This document shows, in pieces, positions 54,471 through 64,000 of a stretch of DNA of 64,000 nucleotides (positions are counted from its first letter, which is position 1; every line of letters begins with the position of its first letter). Source of the DNA: an uncultured Acidobacteriota bacterium (lineage in GTDB: Bacteria > Acidobacteriota > Vicinamibacteria > Fen-336). The notes below the pieces were generated by a model. That model was not told the DNA's origin. It was given only the letters and a program-made list of their open reading frames with translations, and did not search any database. Location of the stretch: contig OY970399.1 of the NCBI GenBank assembly GCA_963720545.1, positions 3,200,001 to 3,264,000 of the forward strand. Reading direction: 5' to 3'. Both the position numbers and the translations under genes were made by a program.

Positions 54471-55319
54471 ATGCCCATCTACGAGCAGACGTATCGCCGC
54501 TACGAGGCTCGCGCGCCGCTGCGCACCACGCGCTTCTGGCCGATCACCCGCGAGGGGCTGCGCCTCATCTACTCGAAGAAGGCGTTCATCTTCCTCACGC
54601 TCCTGTGCCTGCTGCCGCTCGTCGTCTACGTCATCCAGGTCTTCATCGTGACGCGCTTCCCGGACGCGAGCCGCATCCTGCCGCTCGACGCGTCGCTCTT
54701 CGGCCGCTTCCTCTCGGGACAGATCGGCCCGGCCATGCTGCTTGCGGTGTTCGCCGGCGCCGGCCTCGTGGCCAACGACCTGCGCACCGGCGCCATCCTC
54801 GCCTACCTGTCGCGCCCGTTGACGCGCCGCGACTACATCGCCGGCAAGCTCGGCATCGTCCTGGCGCTCACCCTGTCGGTGACGGCCGTGGCCGGGATCT
54901 TCCTGTACCTGGTCGCGGTGGCGCTGGCCCCGGACCGCTTCCTCACGTGGCAGTTGTGGTGGCTGGGTCCGGCCGTGCTCCTCTACGGCACGGTCACCGC
55001 GCTCGTCTTCAGCCTGCTGATCCTCGCCATCTCGGCGCTGGCACGCAGCGCGCGCATCGCCGGGCTCGGCGCCTTCGGCCTGGTGGTCGCGCTCGAGATC
55101 GCGAATGGCATCCTGCGCAACGTCTACGACACGCAGTGGACCAGCATCCTCTCGATCACCTCCAACCTGCGCGCGCTCGGGGTCGCGCTCTTCGGCGTGG
55201 ACGCGCGGCGCTTCGAGGCGATGCCGTGGCCGCTCGCGGCCGGTGCGCTCGCCGTCATCGCCGTTGCCTCGCTCCTCATCCTGCGCTCGCGGGTGCGCGC
55301 CGTGGAGATCGTGAAGTGA
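54471..55319 (+). CDS. ABC-2 type permease
   Basis: About six TM helices; ANDLRTGA..YLSRPLTR..Y..GK. Confidence 0.85.
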   Translation: MPIYEQTYRRYEARAPLRTTRFWPITREGLRLIYSKKAFIFLTLLCLLPLVVYVIQVFIVTRFPDASRILPLDASLFGRFLSGQIGPAMLLAVFAGAGLVANDLRTGAILAYLSRPLTRRDYIAGKLGIVLALTLSVTAVAGIFLYLVAVALAPDRFLTWQLWWLGPAVLLYGTVTALVFSLLILAISALARSARIAGLGAFGLVVALEIANGILRNVYDTQWTSILSITSNLRALGVALFGVDARRFEAMPWPLAAGALAVIAVASLLILRSRVRAVEIVK

Positions 55320-56227
55320 TCGAGTTCACGCGCGCGTCGCGCTGGTACGGATCGGTCATCGCCCTCAACGACGTCACGGCGTCCGTCGGTCCGGGGATCA
55401 CCGGACTCCTCGGGCCGAACGGGGCGGGGAAGTCCACCTTCCTGAAGCTCGCGGCCGGGCAATTGCAGCCGAGCCAGGGCGAGGTGAAGGTGAAGGGCGA
55501 GGCCGCGTGGCGCTCGCCGGGAATCTTCCACGAAGTGGGCCTGTGCCCTGACATCGACTCGTTCTGGGAGCACCTCACCGGCGCGCAGTTCCTGATGTTC
55601 CTGCTGCGCCTCAGCGGTTTCGACGACGCCGAGTGCCGCCGTCGCAGCGACGAGGCGCTGCAAACGGTCGATCTCGAGGCGGCGCGCGACCGCAAGATCG
55701 GCGCCTACAGCAAGGGAATGCGCCAGCGCATCAAGCTGGCGCAGGCGCTCGCGCACGATCCCGACGTGCTGCTGCTCGACGAACCGCTCACCGGCATGGA
55801 CCCGGTGAACCGCAAGCGCTCGGTGGAACTGGTGAAGGGCCTGGCGCGCCGCGGCAAGACCATCCTGGTGTCGAGCCACGTGCTCCACGAGGTCGAGTCG
55901 ATGACCCGCCAGGTGCTGCTGATCTTCAACGGCCGCATCCTCGCCGAAGGCGACGTGCGCGAGATCCGCGACCTGATGGACGAACACCCGCACACTGTGG
56001 CGGTGCGCGCCCGCGACCCGCGGCGGCTCGCGCGCCACATCGTGGACGCGCCGCACATCCTCTCGATGTCGTTCGGCGCGGAAGGCGAGTGGCTGACCGT
56101 GCAGACGGCGCGGCCCGACGAGCTCTACGGAGCGCTGCAGCAAGGCGCCGCCGAGGCCGGCGTCAGCGAGCTCTATTCGCCCGACGAAGACCTGGGCTCG
56201 GTGTTTCGCTACCTGGTGGCGCGTTGA
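55316..56227 (+). CDS. ABC transporter ATP-binding protein
   Basis: GTG 55316; GPNGAGKST, YSKGMRQR, LLLDEP. Confidence 0.93.
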   Translation: MIEFTRASRWYGSVIALNDVTASVGPGITGLLGPNGAGKSTFLKLAAGQLQPSQGEVKVKGEAAWRSPGIFHEVGLCPDIDSFWEHLTGAQFLMFLLRLSGFDDAECRRRSDEALQTVDLEAARDRKIGAYSKGMRQRIKLAQALAHDPDVLLLDEPLTGMDPVNRKRSVELVKGLARRGKTILVSSHVLHEVESMTRQVLLIFNGRILAEGDVREIRDLMDEHPHTVAVRARDPRRLARHIVDAPHILSMSFGAEGEWLTVQTARPDELYGALQQGAAEAGVSELYSPDEDLGSVFRYLVAR

Positions 56228-57030
56228 CGACGCGCAAGCCGGTGGTGCCGTTCCTGCGCGCCGCGAAAGCGGTGTTCGACCTGAGCCTCGAGGGCATGCT
56301 CGGCAGCCGCCGCAGCCTGGTGATGGGCATCCTGCTGGGCCTGCCGCTGCTGTTTGCGCTCATCTACCGGCTGGTGCTCGCGAGCAAGCTGCCGCCGCAA
56401 GTGACGCCGTTCGACCTCTACGGCATCATCGTCGCCTTTTACTACGTGCGCAACGTGATCCCGCTGGCCGCGCTCTTCCACGGCAGCTCGCTGATCGCCG
56501 ACGAGGTCGAGGGCAAGACCATCACCTATCTCCTCAGCCGGCCGGTCTCGCGTGTTTCGATCTTCTGCGGCAAGTTCGCGGCGTACGTGGTCGCAACACT
56601 CGCGCTCGCGCTGCCCGGCCTCGTCCTCACCTACGTCCTGCTGATGACGGGCTCCGGCTGGGGCGGCCTCGCCCGGGGGCTTCCCGACCTGTGGCGCGAC
56701 GCCGCGGTCCTGGCCCTGGGCCTCGTGGTCTACGGCGCCTTCTTCGCGCTCCTCGGCGTGCTGCTGAAGCGGCCGACGATCGCCGGGCTGCTGTTCCTGT
56801 TCGGCTGGGAGTTGCTCGCAAACCTGCCCGGCTACATGCCGCGGTTCACGATCACCGCCTACCTGCGCTCCCTCACCCGCCACCGGCCGCCCGACGAGGG
56901 GCTGGCGCAGCTGTTCGGCCAGGTGCTGCCCGTCGGCGACTGCCTGCTGGCCCTGGCGGGGATCTTCGCCTTCTGCCTGGGGGCAGGAATCTGGATCTTT
57001 TCGAGCCGTGAATACGTTCTCGATCAGTAG
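56224..57030 (+). CDS. ABC-2 type permease
   Basis: TTG 56224; DEVEGKTITYLLSRPVSR..GK; TM helices. Confidence 0.85.
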   Translation: MTTRKPVVPFLRAAKAVFDLSLEGMLGSRRSLVMGILLGLPLLFALIYRLVLASKLPPQVTPFDLYGIIVAFYYVRNVIPLAALFHGSSLIADEVEGKTITYLLSRPVSRVSIFCGKFAAYVVATLALALPGLVLTYVLLMTGSGWGGLARGLPDLWRDAAVLALGLVVYGAFFALLGVLLKRPTIAGLLFLFGWELLANLPGYMPRFTITAYLRSLTRHRPPDEGLAQLFGQVLPVGDCLLALAGIFAFCLGAGIWIFSSREYVLDQ

Positions 57031-57060
57031 AGCTACCATGGCTTTGCTGGAGGATTTTTC

Positions 57061-58146
57061 ATGACCCGCACCCGCGGCCTCGTTTACACGCTGTTCGGCA
57101 TCAGCGCCCTGGGCCTCGCGCTCGCGAGCGCGTCGTTCTTCACCGGCTCCGCGCGCGCCGCGGTCGGTCCGATGCCGGCCGAAGCGCTGGCCCTGCCGGC
57201 CGATGCCACCTTCGTCATCGGCGTCGACGTCCACAAGTTCGTGAGCAGCCCGCTCTACGTGCGCCACAAGGAACAGGCCGGTGCGGGGCGGATCGATGCG
57301 CTGCGCGAGCTGCAGGAGAAGGCCGGCCTCGACCCCGAGAAGGACATCGACCAGATCGTCATCGCCGGCAGCCACAAGGACCAGGCTGGCGCGGCGCTCG
57401 TCATCGGCCGGTTCGACCGCACCCGCATCCAGCAGGCGGTGGAGGCGAGCAGCAAGGGCAAGGCCACCTGGAAGAACCAGGGCGGCACCACCATCTACAT
57501 GTTCGACGAGGGCAGGAAGGGGCCATCGGCGCTCGCGTTCATCGCCGACAACACCCTCGCGATCGGTACGCAGTCGAGTGTCGAGTCGATCGCCGCCAAC
57601 ACCGCGGCGCCGGGCAAGGGGTTGAAGGCCAACGCCTCGCTGCTCAAGCTGGTCGAGGGCGTCGCACCGGGCTCGACCTTCTGGATGGTGGGCGACCAGA
57701 GCCTCCTCTCGGGCCTCTCCGGGCCGCACCAGCGAAATCCCGCGCCCTCCCTGCGGCCGGCTTCGATCGAGGTGGGGGCGCCCGCTGCCGGACCCGCGGG
57801 CCCGTCGGGCCCCGAGAATTTCTTGGCCGGCCTGCCGCCGCTCAAGAGCATCGTCGTCACCGGCGACCTCGATCCGGTGGTCAGCTTCCACGCAGCGGGT
57901 GAAGCCGCCGACGCCGCGACCGCCGGCAAGCTCGCCGACGTGCTGCGCGGGTTCCTGGCGCTGGCGCAGCTGCAGGCGGCGCAGAAGCCGGAGTTCAAGG
58001 ACCTGGCAACCGCCGTGAGCGTGACGCAGGACCAGCAGAAGGTGCTGATCAACGGGCGCTTTCCCTACGAGCTGCTGGATGCGCTGCAGCCGCGCAAGCC
58101 AGCCAAAGCGGCAGCGCCGGCCGCGGCCCCCAAGCCCGGCGTCTAG
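57061..58146 (+). CDS. Exported hypothetical protein
   Basis: GGAGG RBS, signal peptide, GC3-rich coding pattern. Confidence 0.7.
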   Translation: MTRTRGLVYTLFGISALGLALASASFFTGSARAAVGPMPAEALALPADATFVIGVDVHKFVSSPLYVRHKEQAGAGRIDALRELQEKAGLDPEKDIDQIVIAGSHKDQAGAALVIGRFDRTRIQQAVEASSKGKATWKNQGGTTIYMFDEGRKGPSALAFIADNTLAIGTQSSVESIAANTAAPGKGLKANASLLKLVEGVAPGSTFWMVGDQSLLSGLSGPHQRNPAPSLRPASIEVGAPAAGPAGPSGPENFLAGLPPLKSIVVTGDLDPVVSFHAAGEAADAATAGKLADVLRGFLALAQLQAAQKPEFKDLATAVSVTQDQQKVLINGRFPYELLDALQPRKPAKAAAPAAAPKPGV

Positions 58147-58171
58147 CCAGACTCGGCGGCGCGACCGCCCT

Positions 58172-58201
58172 TGACCCGGCCGGAGCGGTCCCGCCGGGTC
58201 A
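58172..58201. terminator. Hairpin between convergent genes
   Basis: TGACCCGGC...GCCGGGTCA 9-bp stem; no U-tract. Confidence 0.35.
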
Positions 58202-59308
58202 GTAGTTGTAGCGCAGTTCGACGCGGAAGCGCTTCACCCAGCGGTCCTGTTCGACCGCCACGAAGCTGTCCTTGAAGCGGATCTTCTGTGCCACGCCGTG
58301 CAGGCTGGCCTTGGCGGCGATGCGCGTGCCGACGTCGATGCGATGGCCTTCCCAGCCCGTCTGCCAGAAGAAGTCGTCACCGGCGTAGGCGGCGAGCGTC
58401 GCGTCGCGGTCGACTTGCGCGAAGGTGTATTCGGCGCGCAGCGGGCTCCTCTGCACGGAACCGATGGCGGCCGCCAGCCACAGCCCCTTCTTGCGCTCCT
58501 CGTCCGCCTCGAGGTTGATGCAGTAGTCGGCGGTCAGCTGCGCCGGCAGGCTGCCGCTCGACTGCAGGCGGCCAACGATGTCGACCACGTGATAGCGCGT
58601 GGCCAGGCCGGGACCCTCCGGCGCGCGGCTGTTCTGGCGCAGCAGGAAGACGGGCAGTGAGCTTGCGTTGTTGAAGCGGATGTAGGAGCCGCTCAACTCG
58701 AAGCGCGACTGCGCGCCCGACTGCACGCCCAGCGTCGCCGAGGCGACGAGCATGTCCACGTCGTTGTCGTCGAAGACATGGCTGCCCTTCGCCCCGAGCA
58801 CCGTGAGGCCGAACTTCGTATTGCCGCCGGCGTCGAGCGCGCGGATGCTCAGCGCCGCGCCCTGCGGCCGCAGGTCCTTGTCCCAGGTCATCTCGGTGAG
58901 CGGCACCGGCATGACGAAGCGGCCGGCCTCGAGCTTGATGTTCTGCGACGGATTGAGGCTCGCGTAGGCGAGGTCGAGGCGGAAGTTGCGCGAGTTGTAG
59001 TTGTCGCGCAGCAGCGTCGGCGGCGCCGCGTCCTCGTCGAAGTTGTGGTCGCTGCCCAGGTTGAGGTCGGCGCCGAGGCCGAACGAGAACGAGCGCGCCG
59101 TGACCTCGAAGCGGGGACGGAAGTTGACGAGGCGCCGGCTCTGGTCGACGCTGTCGTCGGGCGCCACGAAGATGTCGCGCGTCCATTCCTGGCGGAGGAT
59201 GGCGTCGGCATGCAGCTCGCCGCCGAGCGAAGTCTGCGACTGCGACTGGGCATCCGCGGATGCCGCGCCCAACAGACAAAAACCCGCCAGCATCAAGCAC
59301 TTGCGCAT
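58199..59308 (-). CDS. Putative porin / outer-membrane beta-barrel
   Basis: Signal peptide; LDLAY, WDKDLRPQG; C-terminal RVELRYNY beta-signal. Confidence 0.75.
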   Translation of the reverse strand: MRKCLMLAGFCLLGAASADAQSQSQTSLGGELHADAILRQEWTRDIFVAPDDSVDQSRRLVNFRPRFEVTARSFSFGLGADLNLGSDHNFDEDAAPPTLLRDNYNSRNFRLDLAYASLNPSQNIKLEAGRFVMPVPLTEMTWDKDLRPQGAALSIRALDAGGNTKFGLTVLGAKGSHVFDDNDVDMLVASATLGVQSGAQSRFELSGSYIRFNNASSLPVFLLRQNSRAPEGPGLATRYHVVDIVGRLQSSGSLPAQLTADYCINLEADEERKKGLWLAAAIGSVQRSPLRAEYTFAQVDRDATLAAYAGDDFFWQTGWEGHRIDVGTRIAAKASLHGVAQKIRFKDSFVAVEQDRWVKRFRVELRYNY

Positions 59309-59380
59309 GTTTAGCTCCGCCGTCGATTGTAGCAGGCCCCCCGCGCCCAGGATCCTGCTCGCCACTAAGATAGCCGCGGC

Positions 59381-61036
59381 ATGCGCCGCTCCTCCATCGC
59401 GCTGGCACTCGCCTTTGCGGCGCTCGGCTGCTTCTCCACTTGGCAGGCCCCCTTCGGTGGCTGGACCAACCGCGTGTTCGCCTTCGACCTCTGGCTCAAC
59501 CAGGATCCCGGCGGCTGGTACATTCCGGCGGCTCACGACCTGCTGGTCCGTCCCGGGACCACGTCCTTTCCGGGCCACCCGGGCCTGCCGCTGCAGCTCG
59601 CGCTCGCGGCCGAGCAGTGGAGCCTGCACGCGGTCGCGCGCGCGCATGGCGAGGGCCTGGATCTCACGCCCTACGTCGCGCGCCACACACGCGCGGTGTG
59701 GCTCTGTGCCGGCCTGTCGATGGTGCTCCTGCAGCTCGCCTCGTTCGCGGCGCTCTACGGCTACGCGCGAGCGCTGCAGCCGTCCATGGCGGTCGCGCGC
59801 CTGGCGGTGCTGCTCTACGCGACGTCTTTTCCCGTCCTCTACTACCTCACGCGCGTGTCGGTGGAATCGACGACGGTGCTGTTCTTCCTGCTCACCGTCA
59901 CGTGTGTCGCCAGGGCGTGGCCGCGTGAGGCGGGCCGCGTGTCGCCGAGTGCGTGGGCCGCCCTCGCCGGTGCGTGCGCGGTCTCGGCGTTCTTCTCGAA
60001 GGTGCACCTGATGGCGGCGTGGCCGCTCTATGCCGCGGCGCTCCTGGCGTGGCGGCGATTTGAACCGCCGGAACAGGCGCGCCGCCGCCGCCGGCTGCTC
60101 GCTGCCTACGCCGCCGGTTGCCTGGCCGCCGGCTTCTTCTATTCGCTCGTCTTCGACTGGGCCGCGTTTGCCGGCGGCTGGTCCACGTTCACGCGCGCGA
60201 CACCGCACCTCGCCCCGGATCGCGCCGCGCCGGGGTTCTTCTCTGGCATGGCGCTGGAGGTGGCGACGGCGCTCTTCCGCAGGGCGCGCGCGCTCGACCT
60301 GCGCGTCTTCTTGCCGGGGTGGAACGCGCGCAGCCTGTTCTCGTGCCTCGAAGCGCTGTTCCTGGCCGCGGCCGCCTTGGGCGCGTGGCGAGCGCTGCGA
60401 CGGCCGGCGGCGTCCGGCGTCGACGCGCGCTTGATGAAATGGCTCCTGGGCTACGGCGCGCTGGTGGTCTCGGTGTGGTGGTACCGCGAAGCGGCCTGGA
60501 ACCTGCCGAGCTTCCACTACCTGTTCCCGGTGCTTGCGATTCTCGCGCCGGTTGCGGCGCTCGGTCTCACGCGCCTGGTGCCGGCACTCGGCGCGACGGA
60601 GCAGGCGGAGCGGCCAGTAGCGCGCGTACTCCTGTTGCTGCTGACGCTGGCGATCGTTCACGGCGCCGCCTTCACGGCCGCCGTCGATTCGCGGCGCCAG
60701 GACCGGGCCGCGTATCGCGAGTTGCGCGCGGCTCCCTACACTGCGGCGCTGGCGCGCGCGGCGAGCGACGAAACCGTTGCCGTGATCGACGGCGCTCCGG
60801 GGCGTTACCACGCCCTGTCCGCGAGCTTCGCGCCGCGCGGCCGCAGTTCGCCGCTCGTGGACGAGCTGGACCGTTTGTTCATGGCGCGCTCCCGGCCGCT
60901 CGATTGCCAGCGCTTCCTGCTGCGCGCGCGGCTGCGCCGCGTCTCCCAGGTGGTCGACTTCGGCCTGGCCGATCCTGGCCCACGCTCGCTCGCGGCATGG
61001 TCGGCGCTTCCCGAAGCCGGCCGCTGCACGCGGTAA
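59381..61036 (+). CDS. Polytopic membrane protein, GT-C/PMT-like
   Basis: TM helices; GHPG loop, SVEST, SK after TM. Confidence 0.55.
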   Translation: MRRSSIALALAFAALGCFSTWQAPFGGWTNRVFAFDLWLNQDPGGWYIPAAHDLLVRPGTTSFPGHPGLPLQLALAAEQWSLHAVARAHGEGLDLTPYVARHTRAVWLCAGLSMVLLQLASFAALYGYARALQPSMAVARLAVLLYATSFPVLYYLTRVSVESTTVLFFLLTVTCVARAWPREAGRVSPSAWAALAGACAVSAFFSKVHLMAAWPLYAAALLAWRRFEPPEQARRRRRLLAAYAAGCLAAGFFYSLVFDWAAFAGGWSTFTRATPHLAPDRAAPGFFSGMALEVATALFRRARALDLRVFLPGWNARSLFSCLEALFLAAAALGAWRALRRPAASGVDARLMKWLLGYGALVVSVWWYREAAWNLPSFHYLFPVLAILAPVAALGLTRLVPALGATEQAERPVARVLLLLLTLAIVHGAAFTAAVDSRRQDRAAYRELRAAPYTAALARAASDETVAVIDGAPGRYHALSASFAPRGRSSPLVDELDRLFMARSRPLDCQRFLLRARLRRVSQVVDFGLADPGPRSLAAWSALPEAGRCTR

Positions 61037-61047
61037 TATTTCCCATC

Positions 61048-61542
61048 ATGACCACTCCCGCCGATGGTTCCTACCTCGACCGCTTGCTCGGACTCGTCTC
61101 CGGTCAGGACACACTTGCATCCCTGGCCGAGAGCGGCGAGCGCGTCGGCGCGGTGGTGCGCGCGCTCGGACCGGCGCGCATGGGCAAGGCGTGGGCGGAG
61201 GGCAAGTGGACCGGCGCGCAGGTGCTCGCGCACCTGGCCGATGCCGAGCTGGTGATGGGCTATCGTGCGCGCCAGACGCTGACCCAGCAGCCGTTCACCG
61301 TGCAGGAGTACGACGAGTCCGCATGGCTCGGACTCTACGGCGGCGTCGAGGTCGACGCGGCGCTCGACACCTTCCTGGCGGCGCGGCGCTGGAACCTCGC
61401 GCTCTTCCGCCGCCTCGACGACGCGCAGTGGCAGCGCGTCTGCCGCCACCCGAGCCGCGGCGAAGAAACGCTCGGCACCGCCATTCGCGCCCTCGCCGGC
61501 CACACCGTGAACCACCTGGCGCAGATCGAAAAGCTGCGCTGA
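61048..61542 (+). CDS. DinB-family protein
   Basis: GKWT..QVLAHLADAE ... AGH..NHL.QI. Confidence 0.88.
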   Translation: MTTPADGSYLDRLLGLVSGQDTLASLAESGERVGAVVRALGPARMGKAWAEGKWTGAQVLAHLADAELVMGYRARQTLTQQPFTVQEYDESAWLGLYGGVEVDAALDTFLAARRWNLALFRRLDDAQWQRVCRHPSRGEETLGTAIRALAGHTVNHLAQIEKLR

Positions 61543-61567
61543 ACGCGCCTGTGGCAAGATCGAACCC

Positions 61568-61840
61568 ATGGAACTAGCAGGCGCCTGCGCGCATATCCGC
61601 GACCTCGGCAAGGTGCTGGACGCGAAGCGGCGCGAGTGCGAAGACTGCGTGAAGATCGGCAGCGAATGGCTGCACCTGCGCACCTGTCAGTCGTGCGGCG
61701 CCACGCGCTGCTGCGATTCTTCGCCGCACCGCCACGCAAGCAAGCACGCACGCAAGGCGCAGCACCCGGTGATCAACTCCGCCGAACCCGGCGAAGCCTG
61801 GCTCTACTGCTACAGCGACGACGTCGGGGTCGAATACTGA
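61568..61840 (+). CDS. UBP-type zinc finger protein
   Basis: CAH, CEDC, WLHLRTCQSCG..CCDSSP.RHASKH. Confidence 0.9.
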   Translation: MELAGACAHIRDLGKVLDAKRRECEDCVKIGSEWLHLRTCQSCGATRCCDSSPHRHASKHARKAQHPVINSAEPGEAWLYCYSDDVGVEY

Positions 61841-61924
61841 GCGTTTGATCGCGGCTTCGCAGGCGTGCGAACCTCTGCATGCGCCTGCAACCGCGGCGTC
61901 CAGCGCCTTGAACGAGGAGAACGC

Positions 61925-63442
61925 ATGACCCTTGCCGCTCGCGCAACGTCTGTCGTGGTGGCCGCACTGCTCACGCTCGGCGCGGCCGCCGCCCAGGACC
62001 TCCAGAGCTTCGAGAAACGGGTGAGTGTCAGGACCCTCGCGAACGGGCTGACGCTCGTCGTCTGCGAGCGTCCGGAGGCGCCGGTCTTCTCCTTCTACAC
62101 GCACGTCGACTCGGGCTCCGACCGCGAGGTCCCCGGCATCACCGGGCTCGCGCACATGTTCGAGCACATGGCGTTCAAGGGCACCGACACGATCGGTTCG
62201 AAGAACTTCACCGCCGAGAAGGCGGCGCTGGCGAAGGTGGAGACGGCGTACGCCGCCTACGAGCAGGAGCGGCTGAAGAGCGTGGGCAGGGACGAGAAGG
62301 TGCTGGCCGCGCGGGAAAAGGCGTGGCGCGACGCGATGGCGGCGGCCGACGCCTACGTGGTGCCGAACGCGTTCGGCGAGGTCATCGAGCGCGAGGGCGG
62401 CGCCGGGCTCAACGCCACCACCTACTCGGATTACACCGCCTACTACTATTCGCTCCCGGCGAACCGCCTCGAGCTGTGGGCGTATCTCGAGTCGGAGCGT
62501 TTCCTGAAGCCGGTGATGCGCGAGTTCTACCGCGAGCGCGGCGTCGTCATGGAAGAGCGCCGCATGCGCACCGAGAGCAACCCGGTCGGGCGGCTGGTGG
62601 AGCAGTTCATCGCCGCCTCCTTCACCGCGCATCCCTACGGCCAGGCGGGCGTCGGCTGGCCCTCCGACCTGCAGTCGTTCTCCGCCACCGACGCCATGGC
62701 GTTCTTCAACAAGCACTATGTCCCGGCCAACATGACGATGGCGATCGTCGGCGACGTCAAGGCCGCGGAGGTGTTCGCGGTCGCCGAGCGTTACTTCGGC
62801 CGCTTGCCGAAGCGCGACAAGCCAGAGCCGCTGCGCACCGTCGAGCCGCCGCAGCGCTCCGAGCGGCAGGTGGTGATTCGCGACGCGTCGCAGCCGGTCT
62901 ACCTCGAGGGCTATCACAAGCCGGGCTACCTCGATGCCGACGAGGCGGTCTACGACGTCATCTCCGACCTGCTGACGAGCGGCCGCACGTCGCGGCTCTA
63001 CCGCTCGCTGGTGCGCGACCAGAAGATCGCGGCGCAGGCCGGCGGCTTCGGCGGGTTCCCGGGCAACAAATACCCCAACGCCTTCATCGTCTATGCGTTC
63101 ACCGCGCCCGGCCACAGCAACGAAGAGGTGCAGCGCGCGCTGCGCGCCGAGATCGAGCGGCTCAAGAGCGAGGACGTGAGCGCCGACGAGCTCGCGATGG
63201 TGAAGACGCGCGCCAAGGCCGCGCTCATCGAAGGGCTCGGCGACAACGAAGGGCTCGCGAGCGGGCTGGGCTTCGCGCAGGCGCGCTACGGCGACTGGCG
63301 CGAAGTGTTCCGCGGTGTGGACAAGATCGACAAGGTGACGCAGGCCGACATCCGCCGGGTGGCGCAGTCGGCATTCGTCGCGTCGAACCGCACGGTCGGC
63401 TACATCGAAACGGCCAAACCGGACGCGAAGGGAGGCCGGTGA
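61925..63442 (+). CDS. M16 (pitrilysin) zinc peptidase, catalytic subunit
   Basis: Signal peptide; GLAHMFEHMAFKG (HxxEH); LNATT; EERRMR. Confidence 0.93.
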   Translation: MTLAARATSVVVAALLTLGAAAAQDLQSFEKRVSVRTLANGLTLVVCERPEAPVFSFYTHVDSGSDREVPGITGLAHMFEHMAFKGTDTIGSKNFTAEKAALAKVETAYAAYEQERLKSVGRDEKVLAAREKAWRDAMAAADAYVVPNAFGEVIEREGGAGLNATTYSDYTAYYYSLPANRLELWAYLESERFLKPVMREFYRERGVVMEERRMRTESNPVGRLVEQFIAASFTAHPYGQAGVGWPSDLQSFSATDAMAFFNKHYVPANMTMAIVGDVKAAEVFAVAERYFGRLPKRDKPEPLRTVEPPQRSERQVVIRDASQPVYLEGYHKPGYLDADEAVYDVISDLLTSGRTSRLYRSLVRDQKIAAQAGGFGGFPGNKYPNAFIVYAFTAPGHSNEEVQRALRAEIERLKSEDVSADELAMVKTRAKAALIEGLGDNEGLASGLGFAQARYGDWREVFRGVDKIDKVTQADIRRVAQSAFVASNRTVGYIETAKPDAKGGR

Positions 63443-64000
63443 TGGCGATGCGTGCCTTTGCGGCCCTGGCGTTCGCCAGCCTGTGCGCGCAGCCGCCACT
63501 GCTGGCAGCGGCGCAAACAGCTCCCGCAGCGCCGCTGAAGAAGCCGGCGGCGCCGATCGCAAGCGACTGGCGCAGGATCCCGGTCAAGCCGCTGCGCGTG
63601 TGGCACCCGGCGCAGCCGCGGCGCATCGAGCTGCCGAACGGCCTGGTCGTGTTCCTGCAGGAAGACCACGAGCTGCCGGTCGTTTCCGGGATGGCGCGGA
63701 TCCGCGGCGGCTCGCGCGACGAAGCGGCCGCGAAGGCCGGGCTCGTCTCGCTCTACGGACAGGTCTGGCGCACCGGCGGCACCAGGGACAAGACCGGCGA
63801 CGAGCTCGACGACTTCCTCGAGGCGCGCGCCGCGAAGGTGGAAACCGGCGGCAGCCTCGACTCCACCTCCATCTCGTTCAACTGCCTCAAGGCGAACTTC
63901 GACGAGGTGTTCGCGGTGGTCGCCGACCTGGTGCTGGCGCCGGAGTTTCGCAAGGACAAGCTGGCGCTCGCGAAGAACCTCGCCAACACCGCGGTCGCGC
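63439..64000 (+). CDS. M16 peptidase partner subunit (3'-truncated)
   Basis: GTG/ATG overlapping upstream stop; RIELPNGLVVFLQEDHELP; lacks HxxEH at the equivalent position. Confidence 0.85.
   Translation, partial: MMAMRAFAALAFASLCAQPPLLAAAQTAPAAPLKKPAAPIASDWRRIPVKPLRVWHPAQPRRIELPNGLVVFLQEDHELPVVSGMARIRGGSRDEAAAKAGLVSLYGQVWRTGGTRDKTGDELDDFLEARAAKVETGGSLDSTSISFNCLKANFDEVFAVVADLVLAPEFRKDKLALAKNLANTAVA

Overview
GC-rich bacterial window; the housekeeping gene style suggests Acidobacteriota/Vicinamibacteria, which is inference only. About 1-41.5 kb is the distal part of a large Wzx/Wzc-type exopolysaccharide or capsule locus. It holds a heparinase II/III-like protein, AsnB, SxtJ plus carbamoyltransferase, two GT4s, two paralogous beta-helix proteins, Wza-like export protein, outer-membrane beta-barrel, deacetylase, ATP-grasp ligase, ThDP enzyme, split Wzc and a flippase. 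Embedded in it is a thioesterase-less hybrid NRPS-PKS line: Sfp-type PPTase, NRPS C-A(Thr)-T-E-C-T, PKS KS-AT-ACP-aminotransferase, and on the opposite strand NRPS C-A(Thr)-T, two atypical alpha/beta-hydrolases and a JmjC oxygenase. The best candidate for an undescribed system is a megasynthase that builds a Thr/beta-amino-acyl unit and transfers it onto a surface polysaccharide. The remainder (41.5-64 kb) is mostly core genome: GcvT-family protein, NrdR-box-preceded class II ribonucleotide reductase nrdJ, GT-C-like membrane proteins, NhaC/TIGR04076/AKR/RpiR group, ABC operon, porin, DinB, zf-UBP and an M16 peptidase pair. No rRNA, tRNA, CRISPR array or mobile element was recognised. Family assignments are from motifs recognised by eye; no searches were run.
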